Below, one piece after another: positions 38,558-51,417 of a stretch of 56,413 nt of DNA (the stretch's first letter is position 1; each line of letters starts with the position of its first letter). The notes beneath the pieces were generated by a model, which was not told the DNA's origin, did not search any database, and saw nothing but the letters and a program-made list of their open reading frames with translations. The stretch is from NCBI RefSeq assembly GCF_004010195.1, contig NC_057755.1:2183803-2240215 (forward strand). The letters run 5' to 3'. This stretch comes from Chiloscyllium plagiosum (lineage: Eukaryota). A program made the translations under genes and the position numbers.

Positions 38558-38650
38558 TTTCCAGATGAATAGCTCATGCCCAAAGCGTCGATTATCTTGC
38601 TCCTCGGATGCTGCCTGACCTGCTGTGCTTTTCCAGCACCACACTCTATC
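38558..38650 (+). mobile_element. Penelope-derived terminal-repeat fragment
   Basis: cagatgaatagctcatgcccaaagcgtcgatt...ggatgctgcctgacctgctgtgcttttccagc. Confidence 0.7.
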
Positions 38651-41429
38651 CAAATGAGAAGTCAATCCATTTTTGTCCATTTATGCATCAATTCTATATT
38701 GTTTCCAGTATCTACATTCAGGGCTCTGAATTTCAAATTCGATTTATTCATTCTCCAACATAATAACCAGTTTGAGCATTTTATGATCATTCTTCCCAAA
38801 TACAATAATATTATCACATAATACTATCTCATTGTGTCCGTAATGTTTGGATAAAATATAATAAATTGCTGCATGCTTCCATCTGTGCTCTTGTGTTAAT
38901 TCAATGCTGCGAGATGTAATCAATTAATTGTTTCAAAAGTATTGTGGCTTTATGTTCTTGGACGGTTATGAACAGATCAAAATATCAATTTATTCTTTCA
39001 GTTTGCTTTTGTGAACAAATAGCACGTTACAATGAAGACAAAATTTAAAAAGAGTTAGGTTTCCACAGTAACCGCATTAATTAATGAATATGCGATTGAG
39101 GATCTCCCGAAAACTGACAAGTAACGCTTTGGACATAACTCACTCGCTAAATCTGTGATGCACGGGAGGGAAGTGTTTGATCCTGAAGACTAGGATTCAG
39201 AAGCGCAATATTTTAGGAGATCCAGAATGTGATTCTGCTGCTTTTCTCTTTCACTCACAGATTGTCTACTGCCCATGGCCAGCTTCATTTTCAACCTAAC
39301 TGGGTTTAATCTCAGATTCCCAATCCTCTGACAGATCTGATTAAATGTTCCCCACCAATAGCATGTCTGCCCAGCTGGATAGCGATGCCCATCCAATTAT
39401 AACAAAACAAACACAGTGTGTTCAGAATGCTCCAGCATGAGAAACATTTCCAATAATTGAGACGTCCAAAGACCTTTCTCCTGGAAAAAGTGTTTCCAGC
39501 CTGAGCATTCTTCGGCCTAATGAGCACTCGGAGTAACTCTTGGATCAGCTTTTCAATTTCTTGCCAAATTTGTTAATTTTTATTTTCAGAAGCTCGTTGA
39601 TTTTCCCCCTGATAATGATTTCCATCAGTTCGCGTAGCTAGACCTTATTGGATAGGAAATCCCTGATTGAGGCTGTAAGTCTGTCCCAATCAGCGACACC
39701 TGGTTGATTCAATATCAGGGATATTGAGATGCTGAATACCTGACTCAGTGAGAGGCCACTGTCAAAGTCTATGCATCTGTAAATAAATAGCGAATAATGA
39801 GAGGATACAAGACTCTGAAGGCTTATTTCGCCACCAAACACTGTTGGTGCCAATGTGGACCAGGACCTTGGCCATTTCACTTTCCACACTTTACCGCTCC
39901 CACCCCTGGCCCACCCACTTTCCACCCCTCCCCCTACACTGTGCTGATATTTTTCTGAAACGTCCTTGGGCAGTGTTGAGGCAATATACCATGCTGGCTC
40001 CTGTCATGTCATGATTGATGCTTCTAAAAGAGGCAGCAATATTAGGTTTGTCCCCTGCTGTAAAACACGCGTTTGAATTTATAAAAATGAATTTAAAAAA
40101 CTGAAGAGTTGGAACTGGGGAGCTCATGTCCACTTGAGTGCAACATCGACTGGCCAGAATGATAGCTGGCAAGCCAGGGTTCAATGGTGAGGGACTAAAA
40201 TGACTCAAACAATGGGTTATATTCTTGGAATTCAGAAGGATCTGAAGGGAATCAAGTTTTTGAAGAGATTAATGGAAGCCGCTGGCATTGAGTGGACAGA
40301 AAAACTTCTTGTTGCCTCTTTACTTAAGACAAGGAAGAGCATCAAGAAGTTTATTGAGGCCTGCAATCTTTCCTAGGCTGAAATGAAGGGAGAATGCCTC
40401 ACATTTCTGCCCATTATATTCTTCAGGCTGTGTCTTGCTAACTCACACTGAACCTGCCCTTCCTCTTTTCAGCATTCCCATGTTTCCCTGTCTTTTACTA
40501 TCTCACCTTACATTGTGTGATCAGCAAAAGTAAAACACGATCCCATTGGTAGTGATTATAAATACAATGACTCAAGTAATGATCTTGAATACCAGCCTGA
40601 GAACATGAAAATGAAATGTTCTTCCCACTCTCTCTTTTCTCTCAATTCCCAGTCCTCACACGAAGTCACATTTCCCTCATCACTGCAGGACTTAGTGACA
40701 ATATTGACTACTGCTCAAACATTTCAGGTAGGTGAAAATTCTGCATTTTTATGTGTTCAAATCTTCCGTGGCCTCACCTCCACATCTCCCTTCAATCTAT
40801 TCCATCACTTCATCGTTCATCTAGGTTAACATTCTTCACTGCACAATGTGCAGTATGCTGCAAGGAACAGAAAATGACTCACCCATGTCTGCTGGTATAC
40901 AGTTTCAGTGTCCGTCAGAGTCAGTTCTGAAATATCTCCAGGACCTCTCTTTCGTCTGGGCGGATCCATATTGATTGGTGTTAATGTAAACGTTGAGAAT
41001 CAAATTCAGTTGGGATATAAATGAAGATCGCCTTGGGAAATAGAAAATTTGTGAGTGAAAGAGAAAGCAACAAAAATCATTTTTGTCTCTATAAAGATGT
41101 TGTGTTTTAGAATCCTTGTCTTAAGGATCAAGCACTTGCCTTACATGCCCCACAGATGCAGGGGCAGAGTTCTTTCGAGATCGCTACATTTTGCTTTTGA
41201 GAATAGCCTCGATAATGGATGGTTTCATGACTCAGTTACTATCGAAAGCTCACTTTTATTATTTATTAATTGTGATGCTGTGTGAGGTATTTGGATATAA
41301 ATACCACACTGAAAGAATTAACTTATTATTTCTCACTGCATTGAATTGATACTAGAGCACAGATGTAAGCATTTAATATACTTTCTCCAAAATCGACAGA
41401 CACAATGCAATAGCATGACTTAACAGCAG

Positions 41430-41545
41430 GCATTTATCAATTATCTGGCATTTAATTATCTGAATATTGGATTATCCGGCAAGATTACAAGGGCCTGATG
41501 CTTGGCCAACTATGTTTTACGTCATTCCATTATCTACGCAAAACT
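41430..41545. mobile_element. Possible Tigger-like MITE remnant
   Basis: Three spaced ATTATCYG subterminal-type repeats. Confidence 0.35.
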
Positions 41546-41789
41546 GTGGACACAGTGCAATTGCAAGTGTTAACAATATATTTGTATTGGGGAAGAGTGA
41601 TCATAAACTAATGGCGAATAAAGAAATTGAATCTGATACTCGGATCCTGCATATAAATAATAAATAGATGGATAATTGTGAAATGATGGCTTGAGGGACC
41701 TTAGTTATGTAGGTTCTCAGTGAATAGACAATGGCTAAAGAAGAAGAAACGTCTGAATACATTACAATAATTATTCAAGTGCCACCAGG

Positions 41790-43085
41790 TCAACAATAAT
41801 AGAGGAAAGGTGAGAATGGGCATTTCTGCATGACTCTGGATTTGATCAGGCAGCTTTCTGATTCCCAACTTTTGACTGAGGCTGCACTAATGACATCGGT
41901 GCAGAGCGGTTGTATTAATTAGCATATTCCCTCACCAAAGCCCATTTTGGAGGGCTCATCCCGCATGTAGCTAAGGGATATCCTGTAAAAGGCTTCATCC
42001 TGGTCCAGACTGGTGAGGCGGACTTCCATTCCCCCCCCCAGTCCTGGGCGTAGGCAATCATAATCCGAAGGAGTGTGAGGCTCTCAGGATTATCCTCAGC
42101 GATGCAGACATGGTTCAGTCGGGGTAAATCAATGATCCCCAAGTAGATTTGATCTGGTTGGCGATGACCTCATACAGTACTTTTTAAATCTATATTTAAC
42201 AATGAAATTGGTCATTGGACCTCTCTCTCCCCTTACTGATTGTAGATGGAATGAAGATAGCATTCCTCATTGAATCACGCAGGGTACCTGTTTGAAGCAG
42301 ACTGTCATACACCACCAGCAGGTCCTGTTCAATCATGTCCCACAAATTGAACCCAACTCAGCCGGTAAGCCATCACTTTGGGGAAATTTACACTGGTCTA
42401 AGGAGTCGCGGGCTTTCGTCATCTTATTCAGAGATAACGGCTGGTCCAGCCTCTTCCATTTCCAGTCGCCTTTGACCTCCGTGAGAGACGATAGCAATGA
42501 CTGAGGGGCCACATTGTCTGTGGGCTCCATGTCAGGCAATCTGGCATAACAGGATTTCCTGGTCCTCAAAATGTCAGACTATGGTCACGTTACCTAATCT
42601 TCTTTCTTCAGGCTGCCTAGCACATTGCTCTCCCAGTGCACCTCCAAGAAGGAGAAACGTGAGCATATCTCACCTTTCTCTGTAGTGCGGCACCTGTACC
42701 GGGAAATTATCTTGGAGGCTTCTGAAGTAAAGAGTGAAACTTACTGACACTTCATCTCCTGGAGATAATCCGTGATATCAAGCCCAACTGTCTGCAACAG
42801 GAATATGTCCTGCATGCTTTTGTGGAGTACTCCTCGTGACACTCTCACATTCAAAACACCTTTCAGTGTAAGCATCCTCTTGATATTGGCCTTGACGGGT
42901 TACCACCAGTCTGATAGAGACTCAAAGAGGGACTTCATGTTTCTCCAACTTGTGGGACCGCTTTTGTACTCCTCCATGTTTTCTGGGATCAGTAGTTTCA
43001 TGTTTAGATTCCACATTCCCTTGCAGGCCATCAGGAGGCAGTGGACAGTGAACACCGACTTGACTTCAGTGGAGTGACTGAAACC
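41790..43085 (-). mobile_element. Tx1-like LINE ORF2 fragment (copy A)
   Basis: KGMWNLNMKLLIPEN, LDQPLSLNKMTKA...SDGLPAEL, ESLTLLRIMIAY, KMGFGEGIC and QKCPFSP. Confidence 0.85.
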
Positions 43086-43979
43086 AAATACAGCTTCTCT
43101 CATCTCACTTCACAGGTGAAATACTATCATCCCGGTGAATCACCCTTGCCCTCTTCATCACCAGACTAGTCGCAACTTCTTTCTTCTTTTCTCTCTCGTC
43201 TTCATTCTGGTCTTTTGTTGCTTGTGGCAGTGATCGTGCAGGAAAATACCACCAGTCTACTCCAGCAGCGTTGTGAAACTGGAACAGTAATCCTGATGTT
43301 GGTAATGGTGTTGGTGGGTGTGGTAGGCCCAGCTACACAATTCCATTATCGTGACTGATTACATTGAACCAGTGTTAATGAGACAGTGGAAGTGGGGTAT
43401 TAAACCAGGAAGTTTGTAGTATTCACTGCCAAACTGAATAGAGCCAGACAGATATACAAACCTTCGCCTTCATTGTCCATTGAATGTTGTTGATGAGACA
43501 TTACCACGATATTTGGGGTGGGCCAAGATCTGAGTTTCACTGGAACTGTTTTTGAGACAGGTCACTTAAAATGGGGAACTTAAAATATCATATACTGTCC
43601 TATGTAACACCTTTCCTGCAATCGAAACAGTTATGCTAATTACGTTTTTACATTATAATACTGCTAAGTCACTGCATCGGAAATGACCTGGATAACTAGC
43701 TGAAAGAAGGTCAGACATCAAGCAAAATCTTGTGGTTTCAAATACGTTGGATGATAACCCGATGTCATGTGACTTCTAATCTTTCCCGCCCATTCCAAAC
43801 CAGCACCTCTCCGTCATCGTTAAAAGAAGCTACTCAAATCAGAGTGCCCACACACGCCACAGAGAATATCACAGCAACGAAGCAGAAAACTTGGGAGGAG
43901 AAAGATCAGCACCAACTCCACGTCAACGTGATGGAATCAAGGACTTTAAACTAGTGTGTGCACGCAGACATTTCAGAAC
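41873..43979 (+). repeat. 2.1-kb direct duplication, copy A
   Basis: Colinear with 44678-46762 from tgactgaggctgcac to gacatttcagaac, with scattered substitutions and small indels. Confidence 0.97.
43110..43930 (-). pseudogene. Degenerate, apparently intronless Ig-superfamily type I membrane protein (V + I/C2 domains), copy A
   Basis: Hydrophobic leader FCFVAVIFSVACVG; LEVT*HR; LVIQ...SDLAVL*C; RSWPTPNI(W); LINNIQW/NEGEGLYICLA; FLV*YP; Thr/Pro stalk; hydrophobic remnant followed by a basic cluster. Confidence 0.5.
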
Positions 43980-44677
43980 GTAGGACATAGAACATAGAAG
44001 AATACTGCGCAGTACAGGCCCTTTGGCCCACGATGTTGCGCCGACCCAAGCCCACCTAACCTACACGAGCCCACTATCCTCCATATGCCTATCCAATGCC
44101 CGCTTAAATGCCCATAAAGAGGGAGAGTCCACCACTGCTACTGCCAGGGCATTCCATGAACTCACGACTCGCTGAGTAAAGAACCTACCCCAACATCTGT
44201 CCTGTACCTACCACCCCTTAATTTAAAGCTATGCCCCCTCATAATAGCTGACTCCATACGTGGAAAAAAGGTTCTCATGGTATCCTTTCTATAGTATGGC
44301 GACCAAAACTGCACACAATACTCCAGATGCGGCCGCACCAGAGTCCTATACAACTGCAACACGACCTCAGGACTCCGGAACTCAATTCCTCTACCAATAA
44401 AAGCCAATACGCCATATGCCTTCTTCACCGCACTATTTACCTGGGGGGCAACTTTCAAAGATCTGTGCACATGGACACCAAGATCCCTCTGCTCATCCAC
44501 ACTACCAAGTATCCGACCATTAGCCCAGTACCCCATGTTTTTGTTATTCTGACCAAAGTGAACCACCTCACACTTAGGTACATTGAACTCCATTTGTCAC
44601 CTTTCTGCCAGCTCTGCAGCTTATCTATATCCCGCTGTAACCTGCCACATCCTTCCTCACTGTCAACAACTCCTCCG
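43980..44677 (-). mobile_element. Young 5'-truncated CR1 with an internal deletion, same family as 18394-20422
   Basis: MEFNVPKCEVVHFG...RPHLEYCVQFWSPYYRKD; tail TAGGACATAGAACATAGAA on the plus strand. Confidence 0.95.
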
Positions 44678-46762
44678 TGACTGAGGCTGCACTAATGACA
44701 TCGGTGCAGAGCGGTTGTATTAATTAGCATATTCCCTCACCAAAGCCCATTTTGGAGGGCTCATCCCGCATGTAGCTAAGGGATATCCTGTAAAAGGCTT
44801 CATCCTGGTCCAGACTGGTGAGGCAGGCTTCCATTTTCCCCCCAGTCCTGGGCGTAGGCAATCGTAATCCGAAGGAATGTGAGGCCCTCAGCGATGCAGA
44901 CATGGTTCAGTTGGGGTAAATCAATGATCCCCAAGTAGATTTGATCTGGTTGGCGATGACCTCAGACAGTACTTTTTAAATTTATGCTTAACAATGAAAT
45001 TGGTTGTTGGACCTCTCTCTCCCCTTACTGATTGTAGATGGAGTGAAGATAGCATTCCTCATTGGATCACACAGGGTACCTGTTTGAAGCAGACTGTCAC
45101 AAACCACCAGCAGGTCCTGTTCAATCATGTCCCACAAATTGAAACCAACTCAGCCGGTAAGCCATCACTTTGGGGAAATTTACACTGGTCTAAGGTGTCG
45201 CGAGCTTTTGTCATCTTATTCAGAGATAACGGCTGGTTCAGCCTCTTCCATGTGCAGTCGCCTTTGGCCTCCGTGAGAGACGATAGGAATGACTGAGGGG
45301 CCACATTGTCTGTGGGCTCCATGTCAGGCAATCTGGCATAACAGGATTTCCTGGTCCTCAAAATGTCAGACTATGGTCACGTTACCTAATCTTCTTTCTT
45401 CAGGCGGCCTAGCACATTGCTCTCCCAGTGCACCTCCTAGAAGGAGAAACGTGAGCGCGTCTCACCTTTCTCCGTAGTGCGGACCATGTACCGGGAAATT
45501 ATCTTGGAGGCTTCTGAAGTAAAGAGTGAAACTTACTGACACTTCATCTCCTGGAGATAATCCATGATATCAAGCCCAACTGTCTGCAACAGGAATATGT
45601 CCTGCATGCTTTTGTGGAGTATTCGACGTCTCACTCTCACATTCAAAACATCTTTCAGTGTAAGCATCCTCTTGATATTCCCCTTGACGGGTTACCACCA
45701 GTCTGATGGAGACTCAAAGAGGGGCTTCATGTTTCTCCAACTTGTGGAACCGCTTTTGAACTCCTCCATGCTTTCTGGGATCAGCAGTTTCATGTTTAGA
45801 TTCCACGTTCCCTTGCAGGCCATCAGGAGGCACTGGTCAGTGAACACCGACTTGACTTCCGTGGAGTGACTGAAACTAAATACAGCTTCTCTCGTCTCAC
45901 TTCACAGGTGAAATACTATCATCCCGGTGAATCCCCCTTGCCCTCTTCATCACCAGGCTAGTCGCAACTGCTTTCTTCTTTTCTCTCTCGTCTTCATTCT
46001 GGTCTTTTATTGCTTGTGGCAGTGATCGTGCAGGAAAATACCACCAGACTACTCCAGCAGTGTTGTGAACCTGGAACAGGAATCCTGATGTTGGTAATGG
46101 CGTTGGTGGGTGTGGTAGGCCCAGCTACACAATTCCATTATCTTGACTGATTACATTGAACCAGTGTTAATGAGACAGTGTTAATGAGACAGTGGAAGTG
46201 TGTAGCATTCACTGCCAAACTGAATCGAGCCAGACGGCTATACAAACCTTCACCTTCATTGTCCATTGAAGGTTGTCGATGAGACATTACCACGATATTT
46301 GGGGTTGCCCAAGATCTGAGTTTCACTGGAACTGTTTTTGAGACAGGTCACTTAAAATGGGGAACTTAAAATATCATATACTGTCCTATGTAACACCTTT
46401 CCTGGAATTGAAACAGTTATGCTAATTACGTTTTTACATTATAATACTGTTAAGCCACTGCATCGGAAATGACCTGGATAATTAGCTAAAAGAAGGTCAG
46501 ACATCACGTAAAATCTTGTGGTTTCAAATATGTTGGATGATAACCCGGTGTCACGTGACTTCTGATCTTACCCGCCCATTTCCAGCACCTCCACGTCATC
46601 GTTAAAAGAAGCTACTCAAATCAGAGAGACCCCACACACGCCACAGAGAATATCACAGCAACGAAACAGAAATCTGGGAGGAGAAAGATCAGCACCAACT
46701 CCACGTCAACGTGATGGCATCAAGGAATTTAAACTAGTGTGTGCACGCAGACATTTCAGAAC
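44678..46762 (+). repeat. 2.1-kb direct duplication, copy B (Tx1-like fragment 44678-45870 and Ig relic about 45930-46710)
   Basis: Paired ORFs 45125/42333, 45289/42497 and 45564/42772 are nearly identical. Confidence 0.97.
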
Positions 46763-47089
46763 TGGAAGGTTACTCGGGATATTGGAGGGAAAGACTGATT
46801 TTGTCAAGTTGTACATTTATCTCTCTTGTATTTCAAAGATGTCTTACTATTAATGTCAAAAGTGGTCCACTCATTAAGCACGTCGACCAGATTAATCAGA
46901 AATTAAGCTTACAGGTGATATTGTCAATGTGTACAGGGAAACAATCCACACAGTGATTAATCATTTTACCTCAGTATTTTCTCAGAGGCAAAATCAACAA
47001 CTAAAGTTTCACATAGATCTGTTAGGGATGAAAATGCAATCCTTACCTGTTATGAGCTATATGCGACTCCATAGCCACATCAATGTGGT

Positions 47090-47545
47090 TGACTCTTTTT
47101 TTTTCTCTTTTTTTTTCGGCAATGCTGTGTGATCAAGACATCCTCTTTTTTTTCTTTTCTTTTTCTTTTTTCAGTGAAAGACACAAAGTGCTCCCTCCTG
47201 TGTATTTTTTTTTTTGCTTATTTTTTCCCCCAGCACCCATGGTGTGTGTGTGCAGGTGTGAGACACAGTGAAAGACACAACGTGCACCAATCTTTATTCA
47301 CTTTTCACCACCAGGAAGATAGGAAAACACCCGGGTGGCCAGTGACAAGCACTGCCCTTCACATCAAAGGGCAGTGCTGCGTGATCAAAACAGTGAAGGG
47401 GAGGGTAGGGACTAAATCAAAATAGAATTGGAGGGAGAAATAATGCACTCCACTCCCTGCGGCGCCCACCTCTCCCTGAACAACTCCAGGGTGTTGGTGG
47501 ACACCGCGTGCTCCTTCTCCAAGGACACCCGGGCTCTAAATAGTG
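47090..47545 (-). mobile_element. Tx1-like LINE 3' end
   Basis: RARVSLEKEHAVSTNTLELFRERWAPQGVECIISPSNSILI*, then a UTR with AATAAA and A-rich repeats. Confidence 0.8.
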
Positions 47546-47565
47546 TCAGACAATAACCCTTACCA

Positions 47566-47672
47566 GGTGAAAGTAAGTACTGCAGATTAGGGTAGTGCTG
47601 GAAAAGCACAGCAGGTCAGGCAGCATTCGAGGAGCAGGAAAATCAACTTTGTGGGCAAAAGCCCTTCATCGG
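47566..47672 (-). mobile_element. Penelope-derived terminal-repeat fragment
   Basis: Minus strand CCGATGAagggcttttgccc...gctgcctgacctgctgtgcttttccagc. Confidence 0.7.
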
Positions 47673-48249
47673 GTAGGGCTAACCCTTACTAGCCCTATTT
47701 CTAAAGCAGGCCAGTACATACACTATAATCAGTCTCCTAGCCCACCAAAGCAATCGCATCTATAAGTTCGAGGCTGCAGTACATCAAAAGGTATTTCTCT
47801 AAAGATTGATTCTGACCAAATAAATTACTATTGAGTGCATGCTATATAAGAGACCATCGTCATTTCAGGACAAAGACACCTTGATTCAATTCTCCAGTTT
47901 TATTGAGATTGAATTAACAAAAGGCTTGTTTGTAATTGTTTGGTATGTGTTTAGGAGTGAGAAGAACCCTTCTCAGCAAAGCATGTGAAGGGTATATGGT
48001 GCATCGTGCATCTGTAATTGAGTAACTATTTTCATCTCTCGAGTGCTTGCTCCCTTTTAATAGGCAGGAAACTGTAATGGAGTAAGTTAATGGCATTGAT
48101 CGAAACATCAGTCCGAGCACCGCCGTTTTGAGGCGTCGGATGGCGGTGGCCACGTACTGGACGTCTACCGCTGCCCTGTGTGGTTGACTCTTAACTGCCA
48201 TTTGAAATGGGCGTTAAATGATGTCCCAGACAGTAAAGCTCTAATCCCA

Positions 48250-48790
48250 TATAAGGTCACAGAAGTCTTTCTGCAGTTATAGAAAACCCTTTTTAGATCT
48301 CACTTGAAGTACTGTGAGCAGAGCCAGGCACCACCACTTCAGGAAGGATATATTGGCCTTGGAGGGAGTACAGTGTAGATTTGCAAGAATTATACCTATA
48401 CGTTAGGGATTTACACATGAGGTGGGACTGTACAAATCAGGACTTGTTTCTCCAGAAATTGAGAAACAAAATAGTTATAGATAAAATATTTTCATTGTTT
48501 GGGGATTCTAGAACAAAGGCGCACAGTCTGAAAATTCGAGCCAGTGTGTTCAGAATAACTATTAGGAAGCACTTCAACAAAGAAAATCTGGTGGAGGTTT
48601 GTAACTGTCCTGCATAATTGGCATGCATTCTGGATCAGTTTTTAATTATAAACCTGGGGTAGATTGTTTTTTGTTGTTGAGCGTCGGTATTAAGGGATAA
48701 GTCACAACTACAGGAGTATGATGTTGACTTACAGATCAGCCACTGACTGCAGGGACAGGCACAACGGGCTGAATGGCCTCTTGTTATGTC
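48250..48790 (+). mobile_element. Old CR1-clade 3' fragment
   Basis: HLKYCEQ...RKDILALEGVQCRF...SRTKAHSLKI. Confidence 0.75.
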
Positions 48791-49607
48791 GCTAAAACAA
48801 TTAATCTCCTCGCAGAGATTATCCAAGGAATTGATATCCTTCCTAATGCGTGGTCCTCAGACGTGGGCAGAGCTCAATTTTATCCCATGAAAAGCCATTC
48901 ACTTTTCAAGAATTCAAATCAGCACTCTTTCTAGCAACTGTGGCTGAATGACTGAATTATGAATGTTTAGCAACATTTCCCTGACTTTTGTAGTCGAACG
49001 GGACTTTGTATGGCTTTTAAGAAGCCTACCAAACTGCCCGGTAACTTTCAAAAATAGCAGTATACCTCTAATTCTTGATGTCAATATATCCTCTCCAGAA
49101 TTGGGCCACTTTATTGATATTATCGCTCCTTACCAACCAGATTAAAGCATTCTCACTTCCTACATGATCTGCCATTTGACTGCGCCTTTCACTAGTTAAG
49201 TGTCAAAAGTGCATACAGAAATATCCCACTAAGTTACAGTGAATAGCTGCAATACTTGGTGTACTGCAAAAAGCCCTTGTTTAAAATACTGTTCACCAGG
49301 AGAACAAATAGCCAAAGACTTGAAAATTTCACTGGCAGACTTTATTTTTAATTAAATGGTCAGAACATTGCTTAATGGAAATACTCATCAACACTGGAAT
49401 AAGAGGAGGCCATTCAACCGTTTCTCTCGTCTGTTCCAGAGGAACAGGCAGCCATTCAGCTGTGATATCTCTCTACTGCTGCAGCCAGACTTGCTGAGTT
49501 TTCCCAACATTTTCTGTTTTTGTTTCTGATTTAAAGCATCTGCAGTTCTTCTAGTTTTCATTCCGTCCCTTCTCCAGCCTGTTACACAGGAAGAGATCAT
49601 TCAGCAG

Positions 49608-49912
49608 GGGGAGGCAATGGCCTAGTGGAATTATCGCTGAATTGTTCATGAAGGCATCGAGGTAATGTTCTGAGGAATTTGAATTCAATAGACGTATGGA
49701 AACAAAGAACAAATGATGGCCATAAATCCAATCCTGATTGTTGGTTCATATGTGTCCTTTTGAGAGGCTACTGCTCTCCTTACCTGATCAGTACTACACG
49801 TGACACTACACCTACAATAATGTGGATAACATTTACCTGCCCTCGAGGCAATTAGGGATGGTCAATAAAAGCTGGTGCTAACTCCCTCATCCCATGAATG
49901 AATATTAAAAAT
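49608..49912 (+). mobile_element. tRNA-derived SINE (second family)
   Basis: ggaggcaatggcctagtgg head; ggcaattagggatgg...cccatgaatgaat end. Confidence 0.75.
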
Positions 49913-50379
49913 CCCTTTTTTAGACTGACACAGAGTAAGTAGAGGAGACAATTTACTTTATTTTGGGATGGTAAAGATGAGCAGCAGAAAGCAGTCATCG
50001 TTTCTCATGCGAGTAACAGAACAACAAAAGGGCATTACATCAGTCCACACATGAAAAAGCGAAGGCTGGAGGTAAAATGAAGTTTTGAGGAGTGGGGTTT
50101 CACATGAGGTGCTCTGCTAACTGGATTGGTAATGACGGAGTAGTCGGTGAGGTGGAGAGAAGTGATCCTGCGAGGCAATGCAACATGGAGGCAACTAATT
50201 ATTGCGATAGAAGAAGTAAGAGCCAAGTTTCAATATTAAAGTTTGGACATTTATGGGGATGACCCAATTTATTGGTAGGTCATTGGAAGGCTATGCCAGT
50301 TCCATCCACAGCCCCAAACAAGCCCACACAGGCTGAAGCTGGAAACCATTTAAGTGACCGGAATCTTTTCATTGTTCCA

Positions 50380-51115
50380 CAGTATTTAATCATCTCTATT
50401 GCCCTTTATGTAATCCATTATCATCCACAATATTTGAATCATTCCCGATTACTCTGTCTTTCACATACTCTCTCTCCCCCTGTGTTTAAGCTGTTATCTG
50501 TCTTCAGGCGTCTCTATCCACTGGCCTGTGTTTAATCCTCTACCAATTGGCCTGTATTTAGTCCTCACCTATAGCCCTGCATTCAACACTCTCGCTATTA
50601 CTCTGTCTTAAATCCTGTAACCTCCACAAAGGCTGGTAACTCATCATCAAGTAACTCTGCATTTACACTTACACAGTACATGACACTGACCCAGCTAGCA
50701 CAAATCTAGTGAACAGAATCTCTGACTCTGCTAATCTGCTGTTTATGTCTGTCGGATAATACCCCTCATTTTGCCTGAGTAACAACCCCAATCAGAGAAC
50801 TCATATTGAATGAGATTAATCCGGTTAACCTTATTATGTTTCCTACAGCTTCCCCTCAAGTAACCATCTCCCTGTGCCCCTGTCATCAACAGTCTTCATC
50901 GTACTTTCTTAGTTTCAATTAAATCCTCTCTTTTCTGTCTTCAATTCTCCCCTCTTCCCCTGTATTCAGCTCTCCCCCTATTACTCTCAAATTAACACTC
51001 TTCTCTTGTCTATTTAATTCTCTGTCCATTATCTCTATTGAACTCTATCCCTATTACAAACTTTAACCCTCTACCTATTTATATTTTAGCATCTCTCTTC
51101 CCCTAGTGCTCTACA
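50380..51115. repeat. Pyrimidine-rich degenerate minisatellite remnants of about 25 bp
   Basis: ctggcctgtgtttaatcctctaccaa / ttggcctgtatttagtcctcaccta / tagccctgcattcaacactctcgcta. Confidence 0.5.
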
Positions 51116-51377
51116 TTTATTGTCCCCCTCTGTGTGTTCCACCCTACAGTAACCAGAGACCAGGTGTCTCAGCCGAATTATTCCTCACAACCGCTAACAT
51201 GAGACTGCGACTGCTCTATGCTGCCTCCCGTCTGACCAGTGCTGGGACTGCAGATCCATCTCAACGTGCTGGAGGAGCTCAGCAGCATCTCCACATGATC
51301 AGAGACAGAATTGCTGAAGTTCTGGAGACAGGCACAAGTTCAACATGATTCTGATCGCCGAGCTGGAAGTTTTTGTT

Positions 51378-51417
51378 GCAAACGTTTCATCCCCTGTCTA
51401 GGTGACATCCTCAGTGC
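51378..51417 (-). ncRNA. Mirror minimal hammerhead ribozyme motif
   Basis: Reverse-complement copy; a single C>T turns the stem II closing pair into G-U. Confidence 0.6.

Noticed and set aside
39590..39674. Plus-strand exon candidate with a strong acceptor and GTAAGT donor
   Set aside because: Stops in all three frames and no recognisable product.
39412..47270. CACAGTG heptamers (about 39412, 41551, 46949, 47263) as V(D)J recombination signals
   Set aside because: No ACAAAAACC nonamer at 12- or 23-bp spacing and no adjacent V, D or J segments.
51150..51331. Exon-like segment after a pyrimidine tract (RPGVSAELFLTTANMRLRLL), faintly like a laminin N-terminal domain
   Set aside because: No GT donor at the expected end, the similarity is too weak, and no partner exons were found.
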